Shown here piece after piece: positions 27,749 to 39,095 of a stretch of 64,000 nucleotides of DNA. The first letter of the stretch is position 1; the number at the start of each line of letters is the position of its first letter. The position numbers and the translations under genes are program-made. Source of the DNA: Ignavibacteria bacterium (GTDB lineage Bacteria > Bacteroidota > Ignavibacteria > Kapaibacteriales > Kapaibacteriaceae); NCBI GenBank assembly GCA_015709655.1, contig CP054181.1, forward strand, positions 173,262-237,261, given 5' to 3'. Below the pieces are notes generated by a model, which was given only the letters and a program-made list of their open reading frames with translations, ran no database searches and was not told the DNA's origin.

Positions 27749-28485
27749 TATCGTTCCAGTTTAAACTGCTCGCCAAGGTACAGTTTCCGAACCTCCGGGT
27801 TGCTCGCCACCTCTTCGGCTGTACCATTGATAAACATCGTACCGTCAATCAGGATGTATGCTCTATCAGTAATTGACAGGGTTTCGTGAACGTTGTGATC
27901 GGTAATCAGAACGCCAAGCCCCTTTTCCTTTAGCTTTCGCACAATTACCATGATATCTTCAACAGCCAGCGGGTCGATACCGGCAAACGGCTCATCCAAT
28001 AAAATAAACTTTGGATTGGTTGCAAGGGCACGTGCAATTTCGCACCGTCGCCTCTCGCCCCCTGAAAGCATATACCCCTTGCTTTTGCGAATATGGGTTA
28101 AACCAAATTCCTCAATAAGTTGATTGAGTGTGTTTCGCCGCTCGGCTGACTTCATGCGGCGGAGCTGTAGTACAGCCATAATATTCTGTTCAACGGAGAG
28201 CATTCTGAAGATACTAGGCTCTTGCGGAAGGTATGCCAACCCCATCCGTGCCCGTTTATACATCGGGATCCGGGTTATATTTCTTGCATCCAGTTCTACT
28301 GTTCCTTTTTCCGGACGCACCATGCCAACGATCATATAGAACGTTGTGGTTTTGCCTGCACCATTGGGGCCAAGCAAACCAACAACTTCACCCTGGCTTA
28401 CCTGCAGGGTACTTTCTTTTACGACAACTCGTTTGCGATAGACCTTTTTGAGTGCCGTTGCTTTCAGGGTTGACCCTTGCGTCAT
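27745..28485 (-). CDS. lptB: LPS export ABC transporter ATP-binding protein
   Basis: 246 aa. Walker A is GPNGAGKTT, the signature is LSGGERRR, and Walker B is FILLDEPFAGIDP. ATGA overlap with the upstream htrA-like gene. Confidence 0.9.
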   Translation of the reverse strand: MTQGSTLKATALKKVYRKRVVVKESTLQVSQGEVVGLLGPNGAGKTTTFYMIVGMVRPEKGTVELDARNITRIPMYKRARMGLAYLPQEPSIFRMLSVEQNIMAVLQLRRMKSAERRNTLNQLIEEFGLTHIRKSKGYMLSGGERRRCEIARALATNPKFILLDEPFAGIDPLAVEDIMVIVRKLKEKGLGVLITDHNVHETLSITDRAYILIDGTMFINGTAEEVASNPEVRKLYLGEQFKLERY

Positions 28486-29666
28486 TGTTTCGGAGGTTTT
28501 GATAATGTTACAAGAAAGTCCTTCAACACGCCGCCTCTGTCAACGGTAAACCTTAGTTTTTGTCCAGCCACGGCATCAAGAACGGCAACATTAAGGTTTT
28601 CCATTGTAAGAACAGGCTCACCGTCAATCGCAGTAATCACGTCGCCTGGTTCGATTCCCGCTCTATCAGCAGGGCTGTTACCGGCAATGCGCATTACCAG
28701 CACGCCATCCGTTCGGCTAATACCATAGTACTCGGCAGTCTCTTCGTCGATCGGAGTTACCTTTAGCCCGGTCCAGAAATTCCTGTCAATCGTACCATCC
28801 TGCTGCAGTTTATCAACAACGGCTTTAACCCGGTTTATCGGAATTGCAAAGCCAATCCCGATACTGCCGGCGCCGCGGGAGCTCTGAGCAGTTGAGTAAA
28901 TCACTGTATTGATTCCAATCACATCGCCATTGGCATTTACCAGAGGTCCGCCGGAGTTCCCGGACGAGATGGCCGCATCGGTTTGAATCATGTTCTTGTA
29001 CACGCGGTCTTCACCCTGCTCGTCGGGCTGGGTAAAGCTCACTCCCTTATTGCTAATTACACCAACCGTTACCGTTGGTTTGGCGTTCATTGTGAACAGT
29101 CCGAACGGGTTCCCAAACGCCACGCTCCATTCCCCTACCAGCACACTATCACTATTGGCAAGCTTTAAATACGGCAGGTTCCTGGCATCAATTTTAAGCA
29201 GGGTAACATCGGCTACTTTATCGGTACCAACAACCGTTGCATCATGTTTAGTACCGTCAACCATGGTAACGACAATTTTGGTAGCATTCCCGGCAACATG
29301 GTCGTTCGTAAGAATGTAGCCATCACTTGAAATAATGAACCCCGAACCAACACCTTTCACGCTGTAGCGACGCGTTCTGGTCTGCGGTCCACCAAAGAAT
29401 CGTTCGAAATACGGATCATCAAAAAAGAACGGAGACCGGTACACTTCTTCTCGGACTTCGGTAACATTAATCCCTACCACAGCCGGAGAGCAAACCTCGA
29501 CGGCCCGTGTGATGGCATTATGCCGCGAAGCAGTCAGAATATCCTCGGCCCGGGTGTAAACCGAAGGTACGGTGTTGGCCTGCTTTGCGGACCGCGGACT
29601 ATCTGCCGGAGTCTTGGCACAAGCCCCTACAGACAATACAACAAGAAAGAAAACACTCAAACGCAT
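28482..29666 (-). CDS. HtrA/DegP-family S1C serine protease with one PDZ domain
   Basis: Triad motifs are TNDHV, ADVTLLKI and GNSGGPL, with a C-terminal PDZ domain. Start placed at MRLSVFFLVVLSVGAC (signal/lipobox); the track start at 29720 is 18 codons further upstream. Confidence 0.9.
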   Translation of the reverse strand: MRLSVFFLVVLSVGACAKTPADSPRSAKQANTVPSVYTRAEDILTASRHNAITRAVEVCSPAVVGINVTEVREEVYRSPFFFDDPYFERFFGGPQTRTRRYSVKGVGSGFIISSDGYILTNDHVAGNATKIVVTMVDGTKHDATVVGTDKVADVTLLKIDARNLPYLKLANSDSVLVGEWSVAFGNPFGLFTMNAKPTVTVGVISNKGVSFTQPDEQGEDRVYKNMIQTDAAISSGNSGGPLVNANGDVIGINTVIYSTAQSSRGAGSIGIGFAIPINRVKAVVDKLQQDGTIDRNFWTGLKVTPIDEETAEYYGISRTDGVLVMRIAGNSPADRAGIEPGDVITAIDGEPVLTMENLNVAVLDAVAGQKLRFTVDRGGVLKDFLVTLSKPPKQ

Positions 29667-29749
29667 TGTGGTTGAAATAAACGGTAACATAATAGTCCCC
29701 TTTGTCGTAACCAAACCCAAGTTATTGCCTCAGGAATTTCGAATATATC

Positions 29750-32272
29750 ATGGCGGTAGGCGTAGTTTGCAGTATGTACTACCACGTGGCAGTTCCTCTT
29801 CCGCGCATCGATTCACTTACGTACGTTTCCCAATACCCTGTAGCCGAAGGCTCCCGAGTGCTTGTGCCGATTGGCAAGCGTATCGAAACCGGCATTGTGG
29901 TGGGCACCGATCCCGCACCTCCGCAACGAACACTTGAGATTCTGGAGGTGCTGGACGAGACCCCTGCCTTTACGTTGAACCTGCTCAAACTTACACGAAG
30001 GGTTGCCGACTATTATCTGTGCTCCTGGGGCGAGGCTCTGTTTGCCGCCCTACCATCCGGCATTACACCGGGTACCGTGCTCAAGGTAACCGTACTGCCT
30101 CAAACACACCCGATCAATTTGGAAGCTCTGAAAAAAACGGCACCGAAACGAGCGGCACTCCTGGAGGTACTGTTGGATCACAAGGGCGATATCACCGTGG
30201 GATATCTGCAAAAGAAACTGCGCGTTCAGAGTATAGCCCAACAGCTTGATGCTCTTCAGCTTGCAGGCTATGTAAATATTTATACGGAGATGGACACCGT
30301 CCCCGGGTCGTCAACACGGCAGGCAGCTATCCTTAATCCGGATTTTGCTACCGATGATGCTCGCGTTCGTAAAACGTTTACACAGCTTGATTCATCGGCC
30401 CCAAAACAAAGTCTGGTGCTTGGACGACTCTACCGTGCTTACCACAAGAAGGAACCACCGATAAGCTATACCATGCTGTCAAAAGAAGTGGGCGTAACAT
30501 CATCAGTGATTGATGCGCTTGTTGGAAAGGGGCTTGTACAACGTGTACAGATTCCGCGCTACCAAGCCCCTTCACATCCCATAGGTTTTGACTCAACAGA
30601 TTCTACTTCAATTCTCAACCCTGCGCAGCAGAACGCGCTGGAAACGGTTTTTCAAAAACAACCCGGACAGACTTCGGCGTTTACAACGTCACTCCTGGAA
30701 GGAGTTACCGGAAGCGGGAAAACAGTCGTGTATCAGCATGCCATGAAACGCGTCCTTGAAACAGGCAAAACGTGTTTGATGCTTGTACCCGAAATCTCAC
30801 TTACACCGCAGCTACATGACAGATTCCGGAGTGTGTTTGGCGATAACGTTGCCCTTGTACATTCAAAAGTGAGTCCTGCTCAGCGTGTTTCTCTCTGGCA
30901 AAGCATTCGTGATGGCAAAGTAAATATTGTTATCGGTGCACGATCAGCAGTTTTTGCACCTTTAACAAATCTTGGGCTGATTATCGTTGACGAAGAGCAC
31001 GAACCGTCATATAAACAGGAGAGTCCGGCACCACGGTATCATGCACGCGATGTTGCTGTGATGCGCGGTGCAATCGAGGAATGCCCGGTTATACTTGGCT
31101 CTGCAACCCCTTCTCTTGAAACACTGTTCAATGCTCAAACGCATCGGTACCGGCACGCTGTTCTGCCAACCAGAGCCGATGGTGCAACACCACCACACAT
31201 CCAGGTTGTTGACCTTGCCATTGAGCATAAGCAGAAATCGATGTTCGGTACCATCAGTACCCCGCTGCTGCAAGCAATTGTTCAGCACTCAACCAATCAG
31301 GACGGTATCATCCTGTTTTTAAATCGGCGCGGGTTTGCAACCCAGTTGATCTGCGAAGATTGCGGGCATGTGGCGCAGTGTCCGAACTGCGACGTAAACC
31401 TTACCTGGCATAAACACTCTGGTACGTTGCAATGCCATTACTGCTCGCACAGTCAGCCGTTTATGACGGTATGTACAGTGTGCGGCGGTCTTGACCTCAA
31501 GGATGCAGGCGTTGGCACTCAGCGGGTTCAGGATGATCTTGAGCGTGCACTGGAACAGTTTCCTCATACACTGAGCCGGAAGCTAACAGTAGAGCGCATG
31601 GATACCGATACCATGCGCACTGCCACCTCGCACCGTAAGCTTCTTGAACGTTTTGCCAATGGTGAGGTTGATATCATCATTGGAACCCAGATGATTGCCA
31701 AGGGACTTGACATTCCACGCGTTCGCCTGGTAGGCATCATACGCGCCGAACAAACTCTGTTTCAACCTTCATTTCGTGCCTCGGAGCGTACTCTGCAACT
31801 CCTGATACAGGTTGCAGGACGCAGCGGACGCAGAGCGGGTAAACCCGGTGAAGTATTTATTCAAACATATTCGCCAACACACCCCGTTATCAGGGCAGTA
31901 GCAGAAAACCAGGTGCAGGAGTGGAGATCCGGAGAACTTATAGAACGTAACGAAAGCAACTTCCCCCCGTTTACTCGGTTCTGCCAGATCGAGATCACCG
32001 GCGAAGACGAATCAGCCGTTGACCACGCTGCAACAATCATCAGCCGCCTGCTGCCGGTAATGCCTGACATTCTAATCCACTATCCACCACAGCCGCCGGT
32101 CGTTGCAAAAATTAGAAACCGGTTTCGGCGGATCATCGTCCTGAAAGGTTTTAAAAAAACTGATCCGTCAGGTGGCAAACTGCGAACGATTGTAAAATCC
32201 GTACTTCAGTCATATTACTCCAATTATGCGTCTCGTTCGGTGCGCGTAACCATAGATGTTGATGCCGTGTAG
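29750..32272 (+). CDS. priA: primosomal replication restart helicase PriA
   Basis: 840 aa. Walker A is GVTGSGKT, with a DEEHE box. The Cys-rich zinc region is CEDCGHVAQCPNCDVNLTWHK..LQCHYC...CTVCGG. The ATG at 29774 is an alternative start. Confidence 0.92.
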   Translation: MAVGVVCSMYYHVAVPLPRIDSLTYVSQYPVAEGSRVLVPIGKRIETGIVVGTDPAPPQRTLEILEVLDETPAFTLNLLKLTRRVADYYLCSWGEALFAALPSGITPGTVLKVTVLPQTHPINLEALKKTAPKRAALLEVLLDHKGDITVGYLQKKLRVQSIAQQLDALQLAGYVNIYTEMDTVPGSSTRQAAILNPDFATDDARVRKTFTQLDSSAPKQSLVLGRLYRAYHKKEPPISYTMLSKEVGVTSSVIDALVGKGLVQRVQIPRYQAPSHPIGFDSTDSTSILNPAQQNALETVFQKQPGQTSAFTTSLLEGVTGSGKTVVYQHAMKRVLETGKTCLMLVPEISLTPQLHDRFRSVFGDNVALVHSKVSPAQRVSLWQSIRDGKVNIVIGARSAVFAPLTNLGLIIVDEEHEPSYKQESPAPRYHARDVAVMRGAIEECPVILGSATPSLETLFNAQTHRYRHAVLPTRADGATPPHIQVVDLAIEHKQKSMFGTISTPLLQAIVQHSTNQDGIILFLNRRGFATQLICEDCGHVAQCPNCDVNLTWHKHSGTLQCHYCSHSQPFMTVCTVCGGLDLKDAGVGTQRVQDDLERALEQFPHTLSRKLTVERMDTDTMRTATSHRKLLERFANGEVDIIIGTQMIAKGLDIPRVRLVGIIRAEQTLFQPSFRASERTLQLLIQVAGRSGRRAGKPGEVFIQTYSPTHPVIRAVAENQVQEWRSGELIERNESNFPPFTRFCQIEITGEDESAVDHAATIISRLLPVMPDILIHYPPQPPVVAKIRNRFRRIIVLKGFKKTDPSGGKLRTIVKSVLQSYYSNYASRSVRVTIDVDAV

Positions 32273-32446
32273 CACACGCCAGGCCCGGAAGGACAAAACG
32301 GTGCCCTCAGGGCAGACGCGGACACGTGTAACAAGCTGTATTATCAAGCACTTATACATATTGCTTAAATTACTGTCAAAATTACAATATGATAAGTAAT
32401 CGATTTTGTGTATGTTTAACGCAACCCGAACCTTACCGTTACGCTT

Positions 32447-33103
32447 ATGCCTATGAAGATAGTCCCAATCATTGTTGGTTTGATGGTCCCGTTTTTGTGC
32501 TTTGCCGCCGAAAAAGGAGACTTGGCGGTGGTATTAGCTGGTGATGGTGTAACACCATCAGTAACGTTATTGCTTACCGACCGGAACGCTGATGGTTGCT
32601 GGGATATCGCTACAATGAAGTTACCGAGCGGCGCAACGCAAACCATGGCTGTTGTTGACGGAGCTTGTTCCGAAACATTCAGAGTTACCGATGTTCGGAC
32701 ACAGGTAACCCAGGGGAATATTGAAGGCGATGAGTGGCACCTCTTGTTGGTTTCCAAGGCAGACAACACTCCGGTGGGCACGCTGTACAAGGATTCACAA
32801 ACACCGTATGTGTTGTTCATTCCCAGTGTCCTTCGTGTTGGCACTAGCAACAGTACACAAGAAATCGGCGTACAAATCAGCGTGTTGGGTGATAAAGCCA
32901 TTGTAGCGTCTGATAATAGAACTCATGCTTCAATTCAAATTGTACAGACTGATGGCGGGCAGCCCATTGATATTTTTGATGGATTCCTGGACAGTGGCAC
33001 GACGTCGGTATCCATCCCGCCATCGGTTCAGTCCGGTACTCATATCTTTTCGGTTGTCACAACCAAGGGACGTAGCAGCGTACCTTTTGTAGTTCAGCGG
33101 TAA
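32447..33103 (+). CDS. hypothetical small secreted protein
   Basis: 218 aa with signal peptide MPMKIVPIIVGLMVPFLCFA/AEKG. It is 34 nt upstream of the ECF sigma gene's ATG at 33138 (10 nt before the alternative TTG at 33114), on the same strand. I recognise no family. The minus ORF 32416-32901 is judged to be its shadow. Confidence 0.55.
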   Translation: MPMKIVPIIVGLMVPFLCFAAEKGDLAVVLAGDGVTPSVTLLLTDRNADGCWDIATMKLPSGATQTMAVVDGACSETFRVTDVRTQVTQGNIEGDEWHLLLVSKADNTPVGTLYKDSQTPYVLFIPSVLRVGTSNSTQEIGVQISVLGDKAIVASDNRTHASIQIVQTDGGQPIDIFDGFLDSGTTSVSIPPSVQSGTHIFSVVTTKGRSSVPFVVQR

Positions 33104-33137
33104 GCCCGTAGGTTTGCAGGCAGAATCCTGCCACTCT

Positions 33138-33716
33138 ATGGAAACAGAAACAGATTTTCTCCGATTGCTTCAGGCACATCAAACCGACCTATGGCGTTTT
33201 ATCCGGTCGGGGGTTCGAACACAGTCCGAAGCTGAAGACATATTGGCTGAAACGGTTGCATGCGCATACGAAGGCTTCACTAAACTTCGTGACAAACAGG
33301 CTTTTCTGAGCTATGTGTTTACTATTGCCAGCAGAACAATCAAGAAAAGAGCCTGGAAGCGCAGATTGTTCATCGAGGTTTCTGCTGATTTTAATTGTGA
33401 TGAGTATTGTAACGACGGGGTTCCGCCAGATATTCAGGCAGATATTCAATTTTTGCGTGAAGCTCTTAGTCGTTTGCCCGACAAAACCCGTGAGGCTGTG
33501 ATTCTGTTTGAAATCGTTGGTCTTTCGCTTAACGAAATCCAGACTATCCAGGGTGGGTCGCTTTCTGGTGTTAAAAGCAGGCTTGTGAGAGGTCGCAAAC
33601 ATCTGGCCAGAATTATGGGCGTTGAAAACCCCACACATGCTGAAGAGAGGCTCGACGGTAATCGATATGAGTTCACGGCTGATGTTCTCCCCACGATTGC
33701 GGAGGCTGGTCTGTGA
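33138..33716 (+). CDS. ECF-type RNA polymerase sigma-70 factor
   Basis: Region 2 is LWRFIRSGV...AEDILAETV. Region 4 HTH is LSLNEIQTIQGGSLSGVKSRLVRGRKHL. Start is the ATG at 33138 (the TTG at 33114 is an alternative). Confidence 0.85.
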   Translation: METETDFLRLLQAHQTDLWRFIRSGVRTQSEAEDILAETVACAYEGFTKLRDKQAFLSYVFTIASRTIKKRAWKRRLFIEVSADFNCDEYCNDGVPPDIQADIQFLREALSRLPDKTREAVILFEIVGLSLNEIQTIQGGSLSGVKSRLVRGRKHLARIMGVENPTHAEERLDGNRYEFTADVLPTIAEAGL

Positions 33717-34963
33717 CGTCACGCAAAACCCTTCAGGATTTCTTCAAGGCAGCCCGGCAGCAGCAGCCCCCCATTCAACCGGCTGACGTACTCCGGAAGA
33801 CTATTGTCCGGCAGACAGTACGGTGGCATACGGGATCTGTGATTTCGGTAGCCGGAGTGGTGGCCGCCGGAATTGCAGCCGTAGCAGTGTCCCTGCTTTT
33901 GCCTAACCAAACTTCTGTGACCGTATCCCGTTCAGCAGAGCAACACGCTGCCCCCCTGGTATCACCAACGGCAGACCATGAACAAGCATTCAGCGTCAGG
34001 CAGCCGGCTGCGGCCATCGTCAGACCAGCCTATTCATCCACAAAACGGAAATCAGCAGTCCTGTCGCGGCCTGTTCAGCCCGCTACTACCCCACTGTGTA
34101 TGCATGGCGACCATGACCTTAACTTATCGGCACTATTTGCAGATTCTGAAGTTCTTCGATCATTAACGATTGAGCCCTCTGCTGTTGACATTATCTGTTC
34201 CTCGCTATCCAGCGCTGATTCGTTAACGAACTGCACCACCGGCGGCACCGAAACATCGGTGCAGATGTGCGTGTTTCGTAACGGCAACGGTGATGTTCGC
34301 CAGGTTCCATTCATGTACAACAGGGGGCCCATACCGGTCATGTTTACGTCGGCTGACGGACGCGGCCGGATTGTAACATCGGACTATTCTGGTGAAATTG
34401 ATCCAAACAAGCTTGTCCCGGTAGTAGCCAAGAGTCATAACCAGAACGTGTTGATGTGGTACAGACCCACCACCGATTTTGTATGCTCATTACCTGATTC
34501 CGTTGCATTTAACATGATACACTTTGTTAACAACACGGTTTCAGTCCGGATTAAACTTCTGCATGCAACAGAGGTTGATTCAGACCCTGGCTTGGGTAAT
34601 GGCCACATCATACCGCTTGCTGTGGCCAACGGAATTCCTGTCCCGGCATCCACCATCAGCACACCTCGGCTGCAGGAATCGCGATTACATGACGGTGCCT
34701 TATTATCCTCGATGGTCTATCCCAATCCCTCGGCAACCGGTACCTGTGCAGTACAGTTTTCGCTAGCTGAGCCACGGGTGGTTAACATTGCGTTACTTGA
34801 TTTGCGGGGTACCATCGTTCGTCAGCTCCGGCAAGACACAACGGTTGAAGCTGGCGTAAGTACTCTTGACTGCAGCGTGCAGGGGCTACCGGCGGGCATG
34901 TACCTCCTATCCCTCGTCACCAATGCAAACGAGCGGGTTGTGCGTCGCTTCATTATTCAGTAA
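33713..34963 (+). CDS. membrane-anchored anti-sigma-like protein with T9SS-type C-terminal beta-sandwich domain
   Basis: 416 aa. The GTG start overlaps the sigma stop (GTGA). It has a cytoplasmic N-terminus of about 45 aa and one TM helix, VISVAGVVAAGIAAVAVSLLL. The C-terminus is MVYPNPSATGTCAVQFSL... The anti-sigma role is inferred from position only. Confidence 0.6.
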   Translation: MTSRKTLQDFFKAARQQQPPIQPADVLRKTIVRQTVRWHTGSVISVAGVVAAGIAAVAVSLLLPNQTSVTVSRSAEQHAAPLVSPTADHEQAFSVRQPAAAIVRPAYSSTKRKSAVLSRPVQPATTPLCMHGDHDLNLSALFADSEVLRSLTIEPSAVDIICSSLSSADSLTNCTTGGTETSVQMCVFRNGNGDVRQVPFMYNRGPIPVMFTSADGRGRIVTSDYSGEIDPNKLVPVVAKSHNQNVLMWYRPTTDFVCSLPDSVAFNMIHFVNNTVSVRIKLLHATEVDSDPGLGNGHIIPLAVANGIPVPASTISTPRLQESRLHDGALLSSMVYPNPSATGTCAVQFSLAEPRVVNIALLDLRGTIVRQLRQDTTVEAGVSTLDCSVQGLPAGMYLLSLVTNANERVVRRFIIQ

Positions 34964-35013
34964 TCTTTTCCCAAACGTCCGCCAGCCACACGTTATTCCG
35001 GCTGCGCAACAGC

Positions 35014-36234
35014 CTAACGACTCTGTGTAAACCGAACCACTTCGTCCTGGGCTTCAGTCAATGCCTGCTGAGCTGTAGCCTCGCCAAGAAGTACTCGCAC
35101 CAATGCATTTTCAAGGGCTTCTTCAATATCCAGCCATCGCGGATGCACCGGTGTCATCCGTGCATGTAAAAGCTGGTCTGCAAAAACCTTCTTCATTGGT
35201 TTGTTGATCAATGCATCGTTATGCATGGTAGCCTTATCTGCCGGGAACCCGGCTTCATTAATGCTGGTGCATAACGCCAATGCCTTATCGGCTGACGTAA
35301 GGAACTGCACCAGTTCACGACTGCGCTGTGTGTTCCCTGTGGAGGCCGATACTGCAAGGTATTCGCCACCGGCAAACGATATACCCGGCTTACCGTTGAC
35401 GCCGGGCATGGGCAGAGCCTGAACGTTGATCGAAGGCGTAGCCTGAATACGGTCAATCAACCACGAACCACTCATCCACAGCCCAACCGTACCCTGGAGG
35501 AAGGCTGCATCAAGCTGACGCTGGGTTTCGATCTTGCCGGTTCTGGCCATGGCAGCGTAGTATTCAAACGCCTGAATATTTTGTGGGCTGTTAATTGTGG
35601 GCTTGCCCGTTGAATCCAGGACCTCACCGCCAAATGTCCACATTACTGGCAAGATCTTTTTGTATAAACGATGAGCATCCGCCCCATTGGTACCAAAACC
35701 AACCAAACCGGCATCCTGAAGTGCTTCAGCACACTGCTGTAAATCTGATAGCGTGCTTATAGCCCCCTTCCATCCAGCCTTTTCCAGCAGGTTCATGTTC
35801 ACGTACAGCACTCTGGTGTCAATCGTCCACGGAAGCGTATATAAACGCCCGTCCCACATTCCGGTGCCAAGAATCCGGTTGTCAAATCTGTGCAGGGTTG
35901 CCGAGTCCAGAGGCAGCGACAGCAAGACTCCTGCACTGGAAAACTGAGCCACCCAATCGCTTCCCAGTTCAATAACGTCGGGCGGCGATCCACTGTTAAA
36001 GGCTGCCAGCAACTTTGTTTTGCCGTCTGACCAGCTAAGTTCCGTTAGCTCAACACGGACATTGTGGCTTTGTTCGAACTCCTGCACCAGCTTCTGAATT
36101 GCATCACGTTGATTGGGTTCACTCCAAAAATGCCAGAATCGAATGACGGTTTCCTGTGGTTTGTTGTCACCGCCTGAACAGCCCGCAAATACAAGGCTGA
36201 CCGCTGCAATCGTGAGGTAAAAAAATGTTCGCAT
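35014..36234 (-). CDS. ABC transporter extracellular solute-binding protein, family 1 (sugar type), lipoprotein
   Basis: 406 aa with lipobox VFAG/C and SBP_bac_1-like blocks (IRFWHFW..., PDVIELGSDW). No permease or ATPase gene is adjacent. Confidence 0.85.
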   Translation of the reverse strand: MRTFFYLTIAAVSLVFAGCSGGDNKPQETVIRFWHFWSEPNQRDAIQKLVQEFEQSHNVRVELTELSWSDGKTKLLAAFNSGSPPDVIELGSDWVAQFSSAGVLLSLPLDSATLHRFDNRILGTGMWDGRLYTLPWTIDTRVLYVNMNLLEKAGWKGAISTLSDLQQCAEALQDAGLVGFGTNGADAHRLYKKILPVMWTFGGEVLDSTGKPTINSPQNIQAFEYYAAMARTGKIETQRQLDAAFLQGTVGLWMSGSWLIDRIQATPSINVQALPMPGVNGKPGISFAGGEYLAVSASTGNTQRSRELVQFLTSADKALALCTSINEAGFPADKATMHNDALINKPMKKVFADQLLHARMTPVHPRWLDIEEALENALVRVLLGEATAQQALTEAQDEVVRFTQSR

Positions 36235-36236
36235 AA

Positions 36237-37922
<1,686 letters not shown>

Positions 37923-37925
37923 GTT

Positions 37926-39095
37926 ATGAACGTGCAGGTATTACTGATCGAGCATGAAGATGTTGGAGGATTGTATCCGTTTACGCAAATGCACTGCTCC
38001 TGGGAACTCAGGTTTGGTGCCTTTACGATTTATGAACGCTGGAAGCGAGCCGTACCTACGGTACCTGTTACGGTCGCTTCAGAGCGCAGCACACACCTGG
38101 CCAGTTTTGTTGAACGATATCCGAGCGCAGAACCGTATAAGAGAATACCAACCCTGATCGCTGCTGCTCATATTTCTGTTAGTCCTTCAGTGATGCGGCG
38201 AATGGTAGAAATGTGTTCTGGGGAAGACAAAGTAATTTTATTTTATTGCGACGGTCATCCTTTTGCTTTGTTTCTGCCAGTACCGCCCGAATCTCCCGGT
38301 GGTGCATCCACGTACCTGGAAGCGGTCAACCCGTCTGACACACTCTGTGTAGATGTTTCGGGTTCGCCGATTCATCGGCTGTGGCAGTGTCTGGATCTGA
38401 TCCATGATGCAGTAGCCTGGGATATAGCCCTTATGGAGGATGGTACCGATATCAACGCCTCGGTTCACCCAACGGCTATCCTTGATGCCTCAGCCGGCCC
38501 CATTATTGTGATGGATCATGCAATCGTTGGACCGTTTGCGGTTATTACCGGTCCATGCGTTATCGGTTCCGGAACTATCATACATCCGCACAGCACCCTT
38601 GGATCCACCATTACCGGTCCGCTTTGCAAACTGGGCGGCGAGGTTTCTGGCAGTATTATACAAGGTTACAGTAATAAAGCACATGACGGTTTCCTGGGCC
38701 ACAGTTATCTTGGCGAATGGTGTAATCTGGGTGCAGGAACTATTACAAGCAACTTAAAGGCAACCTACGGACAAATCAGGGTGCCAATGCCGTGGCTTGA
38801 AGAAGACACTCAGCGTGTGTTCCTGGGAGCTTTGTTGGGCAACAGTGTGCGTACTGCAATCGGGACGAAGCTACCTTGCGGTAGTGTTATCGGCACCAAT
38901 GCGGTGATTTCAACACCTGATTTTTGTCCGAAATCTCTCCCTGCATTCTCATGGCTTGAAGGCGACGCCATTGATGAATACAACATTGAAAAGGCCATCA
39001 GTGTCCAGCGAATCGTTATGGCGCGGCGGGCACAAACGTTATTGCCCCACACCGAAGATTTGTACAGGTCTCTGCACCATCACATCTATGGCTGA
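37926..39095 (+). CDS. GlmU-family protein (degenerate nucleotidyltransferase-like N-domain + left-handed beta-helix)
   Basis: 389 aa. The N-terminus LLIEHEDVGGLYPFT...ELRFGAFTIYERW resembles the ~390-aa GlmU-family proteins of the FCB group. Hexapeptide repeats run through aa 190-330. It starts 4 nt after the pyrG stop. Confidence 0.7.
   Translation: MNVQVLLIEHEDVGGLYPFTQMHCSWELRFGAFTIYERWKRAVPTVPVTVASERSTHLASFVERYPSAEPYKRIPTLIAAAHISVSPSVMRRMVEMCSGEDKVILFYCDGHPFALFLPVPPESPGGASTYLEAVNPSDTLCVDVSGSPIHRLWQCLDLIHDAVAWDIALMEDGTDINASVHPTAILDASAGPIIVMDHAIVGPFAVITGPCVIGSGTIIHPHSTLGSTITGPLCKLGGEVSGSIIQGYSNKAHDGFLGHSYLGEWCNLGAGTITSNLKATYGQIRVPMPWLEEDTQRVFLGALLGNSVRTAIGTKLPCGSVIGTNAVISTPDFCPKSLPAFSWLEGDAIDEYNIEKAISVQRIVMARRAQTLLPHTEDLYRSLHHHIYG

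Noticed and set aside
32273-32335. CCAGGCCCGGAAGGAC...GGCAGACGCGGACACGTGT after priA, reminiscent of the SRP (4.5S) RNA domain IV (GGUCCGGAAGGAAGCAGCC...GGCAGAUGACGCGUGUGCC)
   Set aside because: The conserved AGCAGC after the GGAA tetraloop is missing. The flanks do not fold into the long hairpin when paired by hand, and the 5' arm would lie inside priA. A cmsearch with Rfam RF00169 would settle it.
32416-32901. 161-aa minus-strand ORF opposite the small secreted protein gene
   Set aside because: It has no start context or recognisable features. The + strand frame has a signal peptide, is longer, and is co-oriented with and close to the ECF sigma gene. I cannot fully exclude the minus ORF without coding-potential statistics.
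33714-33721. Palindrome TGACGTCA at the sigma/anti-sigma junction
   Set aside because: It lies inside overlapping coding sequence (stop of the sigma gene, start of the next gene). It is a single 8-mer palindrome with no evidence of a regulatory role.
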